From contig JBBTUB010000033.1 in the NCBI GenBank assembly GCA_038064015.1, forward strand, positions 1-45,681: a stretch of 45,681 bases of DNA. The letters are read 5' to 3'. The position numbers and the translations under genes were made by a program. Numbering within the stretch: the stretch's first letter is position 1; each line of letters starts with the position of its first letter. This DNA comes from Patescibacteria group bacterium (GTDB lineage: Bacteria > Patescibacteriota > Minisyncoccia > 2-02-FULL-40-12 > IGHO2-01-FULL-4-A). The notes beneath the pieces are model-generated. The model made no database searches and had not been told where the DNA came from. It worked only from the letters and a program-made list of their open reading frames with translations. Below, in pieces: positions 1-10,078 of the stretch.

Positions 1-66
1 AACAACATTGTCTATATGTCGGTCCAAAACAGCGACATTCTGCAATTAATATCTTCATGCGGATGA
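1..66 (+). CDS. 3' end of an upstream gene (partial), probably of the pilin cluster
   Basis: Open frame NNIVYMSVQNSDILQLISSCG* from base 1; its TGA (64-66) overlaps the next ATG (63) as ATGA. Confidence 0.5.
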   Translation, partial: NNIVYMSVQNSDILQLISSCG

Positions 67-554
67 TCACGAACCGAGGATTTACGTTGATCGAAATGCT
101 TCTCTATGCCGCGATTTTTACGATCGTAGCCGGCGGCATGACGGTATTCGCGGTCGCCATGCTTCAAAGCGCCGAGCAAACGGATTACCGAGTTGAGGTT
201 TCCGACAATACGCGATTTCTGGTCCAAAAAATGCAGCGGGTGATCCAGGGCGCTACCGTGATCAACAGTCCTGCGGTTGGCGGGACTTCATCTTCGCTCT
301 CGGTCAACACGGCCAGCACGTCGGCAAACCCCTTTGTTGTCTATGCTTCCGGCGGCATTCTTTTGCTCAAAATGGCATCGGCAACGCCCGTCCCACTCAC
401 CAATAGCTTTGTCACCGTGAGCAGTTTGAGTTTCCGGAATTACGATTACGGGACGACCACGAAAAATACGATTCGCTTCCGCGCCAAGGTAGAGAGCATC
501 AACCCGATCCATCCCGCTTCAAGCTCGATCGATATTTTTATTTCCCGCCAATGA
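63..554 (+). CDS. Type IV pilin-like protein (prepilin N-terminal cleavage/methylation motif)
   Basis: NRG|FTLIEMLLYAAIF class III signal peptide with E5 and a hydrophobic helix; start placed at the ATGA overlap (63). Confidence 0.9.
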   Translation: MITNRGFTLIEMLLYAAIFTIVAGGMTVFAVAMLQSAEQTDYRVEVSDNTRFLVQKMQRVIQGATVINSPAVGGTSSSLSVNTASTSANPFVVYASGGILLLKMASATPVPLTNSFVTVSSLSFRNYDYGTTTKNTIRFRAKVESINPIHPASSSIDIFISRQ

Positions 555-931
555 CCATGAAACATAATCGTGGATTCGTCGTCCTTACCACGGTCATCAT
601 CTTGAGCGTCGTGCTCGTACTCATCGCCCAGGCGTTGAGTACCTCGGGGTACTTCCAGCGGCGCGGGCTGCTGGACTTTCAATTTAAAGAACTTTCGTAC
701 TGGATGGCTCGATCGTGTGCAGACCTTGCGATATCCAAACTCTCGGGCGATTTGGACTATGTTGGCAATGAGACAATAACGATCGATCAACACCAATGCG
801 TTATCCAGCCGATCACGGCCCAAGGCGGAATTACGACGATACGTACCAACGCGACCGTCGATTTGAGCACTACCAAGCTCAAGATCACCGCCGATGGCGA
901 CCTCAATATCATTTCTTTTACCGAAGAATAA
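551..931 (+). CDS. PilX-like minor pilin
   Basis: NRG|FVVLTTVIILSVVLV prepilin-like N-terminus lacking E5, as in PilX/GspK-type pilins; ATGA overlap with the previous pilin. Confidence 0.7.
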   Translation: MTMKHNRGFVVLTTVIILSVVLVLIAQALSTSGYFQRRGLLDFQFKELSYWMARSCADLAISKLSGDLDYVGNETITIDQHQCVIQPITAQGGITTIRTNATVDLSTTKLKITADGDLNIISFTEE

Positions 932-946
932 AGGTACAATGAGCTG

Positions 947-2734
947 ATGGCTGAAGATCGGGCATTTCAAAATAACACTGACGTACTGTATCTGGGTAAA
1001 TCCAACTTCCGAGGATCGGACAAGATTTTTGGCATCAAAAATAAAGACCGGTTCCAGCATATGTACGTCATTGGGCAGACGGGAACGGGAAAAACCAGCT
1101 TCATGCGCAACCTCGCCATTCAAGACATCGAGGCCGGCCGCGGCATGGCGGTCGTTGACCCTCACGGCGAATTCGTGCAAAGCCTTCTGGCGGCAATACC
1201 GGAAAACCGCCTTGACGATGTCATCTACTTCAACCCGATCGACACCGACTTCCCTATTAGCTTCAACATCCTTGAGGTCAAGAATCCCGATCACAAGCAC
1301 CTCGTATCATCGGGGCTGATGTCCATTTTTACGAAGATCTGGGCGAACGTGTGGTCGGCCCGCATGGAGTACATTCTCAACAACACGGTGCTGGCGCTCT
1401 TGGACACGCCGGGGACGACGCTGCTTGGCATTCCTCGCATGCTGGTAGACAAGATTTATCGCCAAAAAATCATTGATCAGTGCAAGGATCCAGTCGTACG
1501 CTCCTACTGGATCAATGAATATGAACAATATCAGGAACGTTTCCGCACCGAGGCGATCGCGCCGATTCAAAACAAAGTGGGCCAATTTCTCGCAACGCAT
1601 TTGGTGCGCAATATCGTGGGCCAACCAAAAAGCACGCTCAATATCCAGCAAATCATGGACGAAGGTAAGATCTTGCTCGTCAATGTCTCCAAGGGACTTA
1701 TCGGAGAAGATAATTCGGCACTCCTGGGCGCGATGCTCATCACCAAGATCCAGCTTGCCGCCATGGAGCGCGTGCGCATTCCCGAAAATGAACGGCGTGA
1801 TTTCTTGCTGTATGTTGACGAGTTTCAAAACTTTGCCACCGACTCATTTGCATCGGTACTTTCCGAAGCCCGCAAGTACCGTCTCGGCCTTACGATTGCT
1901 CATCAGTACATCGGTCAGCTCGTCAGCATGCAGGCGGGCGGAGGAGGCGTAAGCACCAAGGTTCGTGATGCGATTTTTGGCAACGTGGGCACGATGATCA
2001 CCTTCCGAGTTGGAGCGACTGATGCGGAGTTTTTGGAAGCCCAGTTTGCTCCCGATATTTTAGCCCCGGATTTTGTGAATTTGCCAAACTACAACGTGTA
2101 TATGCGCCTCATGATCGATGGCTTCTCGACGCGGGCGTTTTCCGCGACGACGCTTCCACCCATTGACCTTCACTCCACGCAAGAGCAGATTGACCATATT
2201 ATTAAAAATTCACGCAAGAACTACACCCGATCACGCGCTGAAGTCGAGCAAGAGATTTCTGAATGGAGCGGGATGGGCGGCTTGCGCGCACCTTCCATGC
2301 CTTCTCCGATTGCAAGTCTCCCACCACCACCCTCAACGCGATCTCCCAATGCGGCTTCCGATGAAGAGGTACAGATCATCAAGCCCCTGCCGATGGCATT
2401 CATCAAGCCCAAGTACGAGACGCATCTGGATGAGATCGGCATTGATATCGGCGAACAGCCAACGCCCGTGGAAGTGCGTCCTCCGGTTCCTCCCGCCGTA
2501 TCGCTTGACGAGCTCTCACGGCAATCACAGCCCTCCGGGCCCCCGCCCGGTGAGCGACGAAGAAAAAAGAGACGAGGAGGTGGTAGCGGCGTTGATCATG
2601 GCGGCTTGCGCCAGGCGCTCGCTGGCGCGCTGGGAATTGGGCAAAGCCAAGCTCCGGAACCTGTTCAACCCGCCCCGACTGAAACGTCGGGGAAAGAGGA
2701 AGATTACGACGAAGATGAAGAGCGTCGCCGCTGA
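947..2734 (+). CDS. VirB4/TraG(VirD4)/HerA-superfamily P-loop ATPase with Pro-rich low-complexity tail
   Basis: Walker A GQTGTGKT, DPHGE motif, Walker B LYVDEFQNF, LSEARKYRL..AHQY. Confidence 0.88.
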   Translation: MAEDRAFQNNTDVLYLGKSNFRGSDKIFGIKNKDRFQHMYVIGQTGTGKTSFMRNLAIQDIEAGRGMAVVDPHGEFVQSLLAAIPENRLDDVIYFNPIDTDFPISFNILEVKNPDHKHLVSSGLMSIFTKIWANVWSARMEYILNNTVLALLDTPGTTLLGIPRMLVDKIYRQKIIDQCKDPVVRSYWINEYEQYQERFRTEAIAPIQNKVGQFLATHLVRNIVGQPKSTLNIQQIMDEGKILLVNVSKGLIGEDNSALLGAMLITKIQLAAMERVRIPENERRDFLLYVDEFQNFATDSFASVLSEARKYRLGLTIAHQYIGQLVSMQAGGGGVSTKVRDAIFGNVGTMITFRVGATDAEFLEAQFAPDILAPDFVNLPNYNVYMRLMIDGFSTRAFSATTLPPIDLHSTQEQIDHIIKNSRKNYTRSRAEVEQEISEWSGMGGLRAPSMPSPIASLPPPPSTRSPNAASDEEVQIIKPLPMAFIKPKYETHLDEIGIDIGEQPTPVEVRPPVPPAVSLDELSRQSQPSGPPPGERRRKKRRGGGSGVDHGGLRQALAGALGIGQSQAPEPVQPAPTETSGKEEDYDEDEERRR

Positions 2735-2740
2735 TTCATG

Positions 2741-3454
2741 TTACATGAACACTGACTTCGCCCACGAGCCAACGAGATAAGCGGCAAACGCGGCAATACT
2801 GCCGACGGCGAGCATCTCAAGCCCTCCCCAAATCCACTTTTGATTCGTTACCGTAGAGCGCAAAGATCCCACAACAAACAGCGATACTCCCGTGGCGATT
2901 ACCGATACGATAAATTGCAAATCTCCGGGGACGCCAAACACATAGGGAAGAAGCGGCAAAGCGCCGATGATGGCAAATGCTACAAACGTGGCAAGGCCGT
3001 GGAAGATGGGCTTGTCTTTCGGATTCTCGATGATGCCGAGTTCCTCACGCATCATGAAATCCACCCAGCGCTTTTTGTCGAGGACGATATCGGTGACGAT
3101 GGTCGGGATGTGCTCGTGAGGAATTCCCCACTTGGCGATGACATCGTGCACTTCACGCCGCTCCTCTTCGGGAAACTTCTCGATCTCCATCTCTTCTCGC
3201 TTTCGCTCACGCTGGGCAAATGAGTGCTTAGACCGCAGCGAAAGAAAATTGGAAAGCCCCATAGAGATGCCATCGGCCACCAGGTTGGCAAGCCCGAGCA
3301 TCACAATGACCAAGGGCGACAGCCCCGCCCCCACGGCTCCCGATACCACCGCGAACGTCGTAATGATCCCATCATTTGCCCCATACACAAAATCCCCGAG
3401 GTATTCCCCTTTCAGCTTCCCATGTTCGTTTTCCGTATGGATGAGGGTGCTCAT
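2741..3454 (-). CDS. VIT1/CCC1 family Fe/Mn transporter
   Basis: VYGANDGIITTFAVVSG, GLANLVADGISMG, Glu-rich cytosolic domain (EREEMEIE..PEEER); ATG 3454 overlaps the stop of paralogue 1. Confidence 0.92.
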   Translation of the reverse strand: MSTLIHTENEHGKLKGEYLGDFVYGANDGIITTFAVVSGAVGAGLSPLVIVMLGLANLVADGISMGLSNFLSLRSKHSFAQRERKREEMEIEKFPEEERREVHDVIAKWGIPHEHIPTIVTDIVLDKKRWVDFMMREELGIIENPKDKPIFHGLATFVAFAIIGALPLLPYVFGVPGDLQFIVSVIATGVSLFVVGSLRSTVTNQKWIWGGLEMLAVGSIAAFAAYLVGSWAKSVFM

Positions 3455-5166
3455 GAGATTTCTGCCTGATAGCAACTCTCGCAGTATACAATCTCGGGCC
3501 GTTCTGGGGAATAGCTGGTCTCAAATTCGTTCGGACATTTCGCACCGGAATGATGCGCATGGCCAAGCTCGCACATACAAGATCGATGATAAAGTTTTGC
3601 CGGATTGCGGCGAACAAGACGCTCGTAGTAGCGGCAGTTATGGCACAAATCGGGAACGGGTAAATTCATTTTGCGGTAAAATGCCCACTCTGCGGAAATC
3701 AGCTTGAATGCGGTCGAGCATTTGTGTTCACAGGTGCCACCGTGTGCACACCCAAGCGTTTCATTGAGTATTGCATCCGTTGCCAAGGAGATCGTCTGGG
3801 GAATCGCCACAGCCGGCATGGTGATTTGATATTCTTTTTTCTGCGGCTCTTTCCAGCGAAAATCCTTGGCTAATGCTTGCTCTTTGGTTAATGGCATCCA
3901 ATCTTGCGCCGGAGATTCATTGTATGCGTGCGGACTCATGCTCGGTGGGAAAAACTCTCCCCACACTCCGGCATTTGTCATTTGGATTTTGATCTTGGCA
4001 CGAAGTGCCTCATAGTCTTCTTTCGTATATTTCTTATTCAAAATCATATACTCCCCTTGTTTCACGCCCGAACAACCAAGCACGTACTGGCATGAGTGGC
4101 AGTTGTTTGAATATTCCGCCTGCGTGCACTTCCAGCAAAAAATTGTTCCAAGATTACGATATGAGTTATCTGGCGTGACGCTTTCATAGCAGAGTGTTGG
4201 CCGACCCGTGTTGTTACAATCATACGTATCCTTACCGCCATCGCCTCCAATCATATAACGGCAGTTTTCTAACTCCTTGAAATAAAAACAATCTTTTGAT
4301 GCTTTGCAGTTATAGAGCACGTCTCCCGTCGTTGCGAGTGATTTGAAAATATGAGCGTAGCGCCGAGGAAACTTGAGCGAAAATTCTGTGAGTTGTTTTT
4401 GATATTCTTTGAGCTTATCCCGGCGATCAATCTGCATTTCTTTTTTCTTTTGCTCGTATCCTTCTTTTGTATATTGCTCATTGAGAATACAGTATTTTTT
4501 ATTCCGCAATCCGACACACATGATACAGTCTGAACATCCTCGCAAGTCAAAACCAAGGATACAATTATTGCATGCTACTGACAGCGTGAGATACGCGCAT
4601 CCATAGCAATCGTTGGAAGTGACTAACTCATATGAGAGATTACAGCTATTAGCATAATATGAATCGACAAGGTCTTTGCACTGAGCAATATGAAATGAGT
4701 ACATGCCATTTTCTGTTTCCCAGTCACACTGGACTAAATAACAGTTTTTACTAAATGCAACATCATACGTATATTCACAATTTACACTGCCAATGCCATT
4801 GTCATTTTGCATCGCCAGCATAGGAACTTCATAGAAAAGTTCCTGAAATTGATCAAGAAAAGGACGGTCTGGATTATAATCCCTACCATAGTCTGCCGGA
4901 TTCCATTTGTCCGACCACCAGCACTTCACACAGAACACAGGCGTTGAAAATTCCAGTGGATACACCGCTACAATCGACACTCCACAAAGATCGCACTTTC
5001 GTTTGTAGTAATCACGCTCGTTGCGAAAAAGACTTCGCCTTTGAAAGCGACATTCCGGACATAGTGTCGGCGCCAGCACGCCGATCTTTTCATAGAACGT
5101 AAAATCATCCGGCTCGATGAGGAAGGAAGACTGGCAGTTTTTGCATACAGATTGCTCGCTATTCAT
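3451..5166 (-). CDS. Cys-rich Zn-ribbon/repeat protein, array paralogue P1 (571 aa)
   Basis: CKNC..FLIEPDD..FY..PTLCPECR..RN; WGEFFP..SP.AYNE; C-terminal YCESCY. Start moved to ATG 5166 by alignment with the other copies. Confidence 0.9.
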   Translation of the reverse strand: MNSEQSVCKNCQSSFLIEPDDFTFYEKIGVLAPTLCPECRFQRRSLFRNERDYYKRKCDLCGVSIVAVYPLEFSTPVFCVKCWWSDKWNPADYGRDYNPDRPFLDQFQELFYEVPMLAMQNDNGIGSVNCEYTYDVAFSKNCYLVQCDWETENGMYSFHIAQCKDLVDSYYANSCNLSYELVTSNDCYGCAYLTLSVACNNCILGFDLRGCSDCIMCVGLRNKKYCILNEQYTKEGYEQKKKEMQIDRRDKLKEYQKQLTEFSLKFPRRYAHIFKSLATTGDVLYNCKASKDCFYFKELENCRYMIGGDGGKDTYDCNNTGRPTLCYESVTPDNSYRNLGTIFCWKCTQAEYSNNCHSCQYVLGCSGVKQGEYMILNKKYTKEDYEALRAKIKIQMTNAGVWGEFFPPSMSPHAYNESPAQDWMPLTKEQALAKDFRWKEPQKKEYQITMPAVAIPQTISLATDAILNETLGCAHGGTCEHKCSTAFKLISAEWAFYRKMNLPVPDLCHNCRYYERLVRRNPAKLYHRSCMCELGHAHHSGAKCPNEFETSYSPERPEIVYCESCYQAEIS

Positions 5167-5170
5167 AATG

Positions 5171-5599
5171 TCACATACTTGGCCGCATAGCATAATCAAT
5201 GATTTCTTCAAGAGCCTCCTTAAATGCATACTCAGATCCAAATTGTTCGATCAATTGCAAATATCCCTCTCTCTCTTCCGTTTCATTTGGAGCATCTTTC
5301 CAAAGAAACTCAAAGCCAACTGACTCATCTTTTTTCTTGAAAAAGCGTCCCCGTACGTACGGACCCTCACCACTATGAAAATTCTCATGTATTTGCCGAT
5401 AAGCAGATCGAAATACAAGATCATTGACTCCTAGAGTAAAGTTTATTGAATTGCCTCGCTGATACGCTTCTTTAATTTCAGAAAGTGATTCACCGGATGC
5501 GAGACGGAATTCTATCTCGGTAAAGCGTCTCCGATCTTTTCGACGTTCCGCCTCAGGTTTGGGTGCTAATGGTTGATTTTCTACTTTAGATCTCTTCAT
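5171..5599 (-). CDS. Hypothetical protein (142 aa)
   Basis: ORF fills the gap between P2 and P1 on the same strand; no recognisable motif. Confidence 0.65.
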   Translation of the reverse strand: MKRSKVENQPLAPKPEAERRKDRRRFTEIEFRLASGESLSEIKEAYQRGNSINFTLGVNDLVFRSAYRQIHENFHSGEGPYVRGRFFKKKDESVGFEFLWKDAPNETEEREGYLQLIEQFGSEYAFKEALEEIIDYAMRPSM

Positions 5600-5621
5600 G
5601 TTATTTAGAACTTCTATAAGA

Positions 5622-7298
5622 TTAACTATACGCTTCCGTCCAGCATTCTTTACATAACATACTCGGATATTCGTCAGCTGTATAGGGTGTGCGGAAAGAT
5701 TTTTTGCAGGTGGCGCAGGTGCGGTCGGTCAATTGCATCTGCCTGATCCACGCTTGGAACTTCTCATCGATCCGACAAAACGGGCATCGGCGAGGCAGGG
5801 GTAGTCGCATCTGGCGAAGGAATTGAAGTTCCATCGTTGTAATGCGATATCCGCGCTGACATTTCTCACACTCGATCACGTTCTTGAGGGCGAGATCGGT
5901 TGTGTCCGAGATATGATCCGGTAACTCGCTGGCACGCAGCGTGATCTTATATTCTTGCTGCTCTTGCTCTTGCCAGCGATAGCCCTTGGCTTCCGCTTCT
6001 TCTTTGGTCAATGGAAAGAAACTCTGCGCGATCGTTTCGTTATAGGCATGAGGCGAAAGCCTAATCGGGAAAAACTCGCCGTATTCTCCTGTTTCTTTCA
6101 TCTGTGCGATAATTTTTGCTTTAAGCGCCTCGTAGTCCTCTTTGGAATATTTTTTATTAAAAATCACATACTGGCCTTTCTTGACTGATACGCAGCCGAA
6201 ATAATGCCCGCCACCAGTGACCAGCTTGCAATATTCGGCATCATAGCAATTGATCCCACCATCGCTGCAAAAGCGCAGCCGCGACGCATGTTCGCCAATT
6301 CCCGCGCACTCATATGAAAGCTCAAGATCATTCCCCCATCCCACGACATCATAGCAGTCGCGCACGGGCCCAAGAATCATCATATTGAGATACTTGGAGT
6401 CCTGCGCGCTCTGGACCTCGTAGCATTCCTTGCAATTTTTGGACTCAAACGTATAGTTGCCCGTCGAATCTACCGAAAGATCCAACCAAATTGGTTTGGG
6501 CGGATATTTGCTCCAGTGCTCATGCGCGAGCCGCTTAAGTTCTTGGTATCCCCGATACGAGCCGAGATCCCACTCTTTTATTTTTTTAAAATAATCCTCG
6601 CGTGAATATGGTTCGTTAAAAATATAATACTTTTTGTTCGTAAGATTTGCCGATGCGTAGCAATTTTGGCAGTTCCGGCAATTGCGCAAAAATGCGCAGT
6701 CGATTGATTCGATCGTGTTCTCAACACCAATGCACTTATTATCTCTGAACGTATTTCGACTGTCGTACATGAGCTCACAGGCGATACTCAACGAAGTATC
6801 AAGCATGTTTTTGACATTGGAAAGATAAAATCCATAGGAGCAATCCTCCGCGGGATCGGCAAAAAATAACAGGTAACAGTTTTTGAGGTGCCCGGTTTGG
6901 TTATTGTAGGGCGATGTTTTTATGGTTTCCAAGCCCTGCGCAAGCCCGATATGCGGCACCCGATGCAGTTGCTCGTCGAACTGCTCAAAAAACGGCCTTG
7001 AGAAATCATAGTCGCGCCCGTACGCAAAAGCGTCCCAGCCATCGCCCCACCAGCACGCGGGGCAGTACACGACGTAATCGGCACCTGGAGGAAAAATTGA
7101 GATCGAGTCTTTCTTACACAGATCGCACGCGCGCTTGTAGAGCTGGAAGATATTGATCCACGCTAATCGCCGCTGGAGTCTACACTCCGGGCACCACGTC
7201 GGTGCCGGGACTTGCATGCGTTCGTAGTACGTAAAATCCTCCGGCTCGATAAGGAAGGATTGCTTGCAATTCTTACATTCTCGGGTTTCGGGATTCAT
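5622..7298 (-). CDS. Cys-rich protein paralogue P2 (558 aa)
   Basis: Same motif set: CKNC, PTWCPECR, CDLC, YCPACWW, YGEFFP, C-terminal CATC..CKEC. Confidence 0.92.
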   Translation of the reverse strand: MNPETRECKNCKQSFLIEPEDFTYYERMQVPAPTWCPECRLQRRLAWINIFQLYKRACDLCKKDSISIFPPGADYVVYCPACWWGDGWDAFAYGRDYDFSRPFFEQFDEQLHRVPHIGLAQGLETIKTSPYNNQTGHLKNCYLLFFADPAEDCSYGFYLSNVKNMLDTSLSIACELMYDSRNTFRDNKCIGVENTIESIDCAFLRNCRNCQNCYASANLTNKKYYIFNEPYSREDYFKKIKEWDLGSYRGYQELKRLAHEHWSKYPPKPIWLDLSVDSTGNYTFESKNCKECYEVQSAQDSKYLNMMILGPVRDCYDVVGWGNDLELSYECAGIGEHASRLRFCSDGGINCYDAEYCKLVTGGGHYFGCVSVKKGQYVIFNKKYSKEDYEALKAKIIAQMKETGEYGEFFPIRLSPHAYNETIAQSFFPLTKEEAEAKGYRWQEQEQQEYKITLRASELPDHISDTTDLALKNVIECEKCQRGYRITTMELQFLRQMRLPLPRRCPFCRIDEKFQAWIRQMQLTDRTCATCKKSFRTPYTADEYPSMLCKECWTEAYS

Positions 7299-8941
7299 GC
7301 TACCTCTCTATAATAGCACGACTCGCAATACACTATCTCGGGGCGGTCGGGGGCATAGGAAGTCTCGATCGGCGCACTGCACTTCATGCATTGGCGCGTC
7401 CAGAGCTTGCGGGGGTTGCGGCGGGCGAGGCGGGCGCGGAGGCGGCAGGGAAAGCAAAGCTCGGGCGTCGGGAGCTTTCCGCCGGAGGCCGATCCTCCTC
7501 CGGAGGACATCTTCTTATAAAACTCAATCTCCATCGGATGCAAGCGAAATGCCCCGACACCCGCGCATCCCTCTTTATTCTGTCCCACCGCACTAGTACA
7601 CTGAAGCACATCTCCGCCGATCTGATATTCGTTGCGCGGCTTGGTGTACCACTTCCAGCCCTTGGCAAGCACTTGCTCTTTTGTCATAGGAAAATAGTCG
7701 AGCGCAACCGTGTCATTGTATGGAAATGGCGAAATTGCCGCCGGGAAAAATTCGCCCCATTCCCCCGTCTTCTTCATGTGCGCCACCAGGCGCATCCTGA
7801 GTTCCTCGAAGGATGCTTTATCATATTGCTTATTAAAAATGCAATATTTTTTCTTGATCAAAGAAACGCTGCCTACAATATGCTCAGAATGAAATGTCAG
7901 TTCAGAGTACAAGACATCGAGCCCTGTCCAAAGTTTGCATGACAGCATGCTCCCCTGACTCCACCCCGCACCCTCAAGCTCGTATTCAAGCGTATTACTA
8001 AGCGTCTCCGTCAAATCCATGCAGTCTTTCGCTTCCCAGGCGTCTTGGGCGTATTTCAAATTCTCGTTTTTACCACAGTTGAAAGCAACGTGAGTATTTT
8101 TCGTGTGGTCGATATAGTCACCCGTCGAGTTGACGACTTGATCGCCGTGCAAATGATCAACTGGCTTGGTGAGGCGAAGCTGGTAGAGTTTTTCGCGATT
8201 CTTCCGGATCCCCTCCCACGACCAGTCAACTTCTTTGAACCGCTTTTCATATTCTTCTTTGGCAAGCTGCTCGTTGAACCAACAGTATGATTTTTTTCGT
8301 ATACTTACGCACCCAAAGCAATCACTGCATCCCACGACATCGTCGCAAAAATAAATATTGTGGGAGCTCCCGCAATCATCTACAAACGCGCAGTGGTAGC
8401 AATCATTACAAAACAGCGCCTCGTACATCATCTCGCACTTCTCCAGATTCCAGCAATCAATGGATTCCCGGCTGTGCTGCATCCAGTTGCTGTACGCGCA
8501 AAATTCATTCCAGCTTGCCGCAACCAACATGTAACAATTCCTATTTTCGCTGGCTTGATTGGTATATTCCGAATTCACACTTTTACTATTGGCCAAAGCA
8601 ATTCGTGGCACCGTAAAGCGATGCTCTTTGAATTGCTCAAAGAACGGCCGATTAAAATCAAAGTCTCGCCCGTAGTCGAGCGTATCCCAGTTGTCGGACC
8701 AGTAGCACGGCTGGCAATACACCGGCCCGGGATAGGTGGGATTGTACAGCGACACCATACTCTTCCCGCACAGCGAACAATCCCTCTTATAAAAATTCCA
8801 CTCATTCCGATTCGCCAATCTCCGCTGATACCGACAATCCGGACACAACGTCGGCTCGGACACGCCGATCTTTTCATAGAAATTCAAATCTTCAGAAGTT
8901 ATCTCAAAATTTTGCCGACAATTTTTACAGGACTTATCCAT
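7295..8941 (-). CDS. Cys-rich protein paralogue P3 (548 aa), with a 10-aa in-frame insertion
   Basis: Family motifs present; SSGGGSASGG inserted between FYKKM and KLPTPELC. Confidence 0.92.
   Translation of the reverse strand: MDKSCKNCRQNFEITSEDLNFYEKIGVSEPTLCPDCRYQRRLANRNEWNFYKRDCSLCGKSMVSLYNPTYPGPVYCQPCYWSDNWDTLDYGRDFDFNRPFFEQFKEHRFTVPRIALANSKSVNSEYTNQASENRNCYMLVAASWNEFCAYSNWMQHSRESIDCWNLEKCEMMYEALFCNDCYHCAFVDDCGSSHNIYFCDDVVGCSDCFGCVSIRKKSYCWFNEQLAKEEYEKRFKEVDWSWEGIRKNREKLYQLRLTKPVDHLHGDQVVNSTGDYIDHTKNTHVAFNCGKNENLKYAQDAWEAKDCMDLTETLSNTLEYELEGAGWSQGSMLSCKLWTGLDVLYSELTFHSEHIVGSVSLIKKKYCIFNKQYDKASFEELRMRLVAHMKKTGEWGEFFPAAISPFPYNDTVALDYFPMTKEQVLAKGWKWYTKPRNEYQIGGDVLQCTSAVGQNKEGCAGVGAFRLHPMEIEFYKKMSSGGGSASGGKLPTPELCFPCRLRARLARRNPRKLWTRQCMKCSAPIETSYAPDRPEIVYCESCYYREVA
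7478..7507. repeat. 30-bp near-palindromic element inserted in-frame in P3
   Basis: TCCGCCGGAGGCCGATCCTCCTCCGGAGGA matches its reverse complement at 24 of 30 positions; absent at this site in the other 11 paralogues. Confidence 0.85.
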
Positions 8942-8944
8942 ACT

Positions 8945-10078
8945 CTATTCCATCATCGCGATGGCGCTTTCCAATGTTTGGATAATGGTGGCAGTATTCG
9001 GCCGTTGCGCTTCCGTCTTACTTGTCATAGAAATACACAAATCGATGATCATCTTCATAGAAGGTTCAGAGTTTTCAAAATCATAATGCCCGAGAATCCA
9101 ATCGAGAGTTTTGCCGAGTTCATATACACTTTGAGCTGTTGTAATTCCTCTTATATGACTTTGCCTAGCTTCGGGCGGCGCATAAAATAATCTGGCATAA
9201 TACGTAGTGGGAACACCCGAGATGCGCAGGCCATCAAAATCATATAGCTTTCCCGTTCTGTCCTTTTCATCCACGGCAATATTGCACTCGTGTAAATCCG
9301 TCAGAACAAGGCCATGTTCTTCAAGAAATTGCACGCCGCGAACTGCATCCGTAAATAGTTGTAAAGCTTGTTTTCGGGAAATTTGATTTTCCGCTGAAAT
9401 AACTAACTCCTCAAGAGTTTTGAAGGATTCTTTATTTTGAATTTCAAAGGCATCTCCTGAATTCGAGTTATCTACTTCTTGAACATGGTAAAGAATATAA
9501 GGACTGTGATCAGAAATGGAAAAAAGACGAGCTAGTGCTTTATTTCTTGCATGCTTGCCCTCTGGATCTCTATGTCCGCCCATAGATCTAACATTCTTGA
9601 GAATTCTTTCTCCATGAAGTTTATGTACTGAATGATTGAGTGCTTCAGTTATAAGGTGGATGCTGTGTTCTCCAAACTTTTGCTGCAATTCATCTAAAAT
9701 AGCAGCTCTAATCGGAGAAAGAGCCATCTCGATTTCACTTTCTGTGAGAAAAGTAAATTCTTGGCGTTTAGCTTTGTCTTCCGTCACAATCTTCCACTGA
9801 TCCACTCCATCGGAGGAAACTTTTCTTACCCTGAATTTTCCAGCTCGCTGTATCTCTTTTAATATCTCATCTCTATCCAGAACATCGAGAACAATACTAA
9901 TGGACTCTTCGGTTATTCCGCGCTGAGCAAGTGCAACCTCAATCCCAGCACTAATATCAGCACTAATTTTCTTAATTTCATCGTGTGTGATAAATTCCTT
10001 CTCACCAAAAGCCTTTCCGGGACTAACCGTTTCTGGATCCGAGTATGGATACACGAATTCAATACGTTTTTCTTTCAT
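8945..10078 (-). CDS. Protein kinase-like (Hanks-type) domain protein
   Basis: LVLTDLHECNI catalytic loop, LYDFDG (DFG-like), YAPPE, VYELG, QRP; unrecognised N-terminal region. Confidence 0.75.
   Translation of the reverse strand: MKEKRIEFVYPYSDPETVSPGKAFGEKEFITHDEIKKISADISAGIEVALAQRGITEESISIVLDVLDRDEILKEIQRAGKFRVRKVSSDGVDQWKIVTEDKAKRQEFTFLTESEIEMALSPIRAAILDELQQKFGEHSIHLITEALNHSVHKLHGERILKNVRSMGGHRDPEGKHARNKALARLFSISDHSPYILYHVQEVDNSNSGDAFEIQNKESFKTLEELVISAENQISRKQALQLFTDAVRGVQFLEEHGLVLTDLHECNIAVDEKDRTGKLYDFDGLRISGVPTTYYARLFYAPPEARQSHIRGITTAQSVYELGKTLDWILGHYDFENSEPSMKMIIDLCISMTSKTEAQRPNTATIIQTLESAIAMME

Noticed and set aside
947-2734. Conjugative element or ICE
   Set aside because: No relaxase, integrase or mating-pair genes; the context is chromosomal (secDF).
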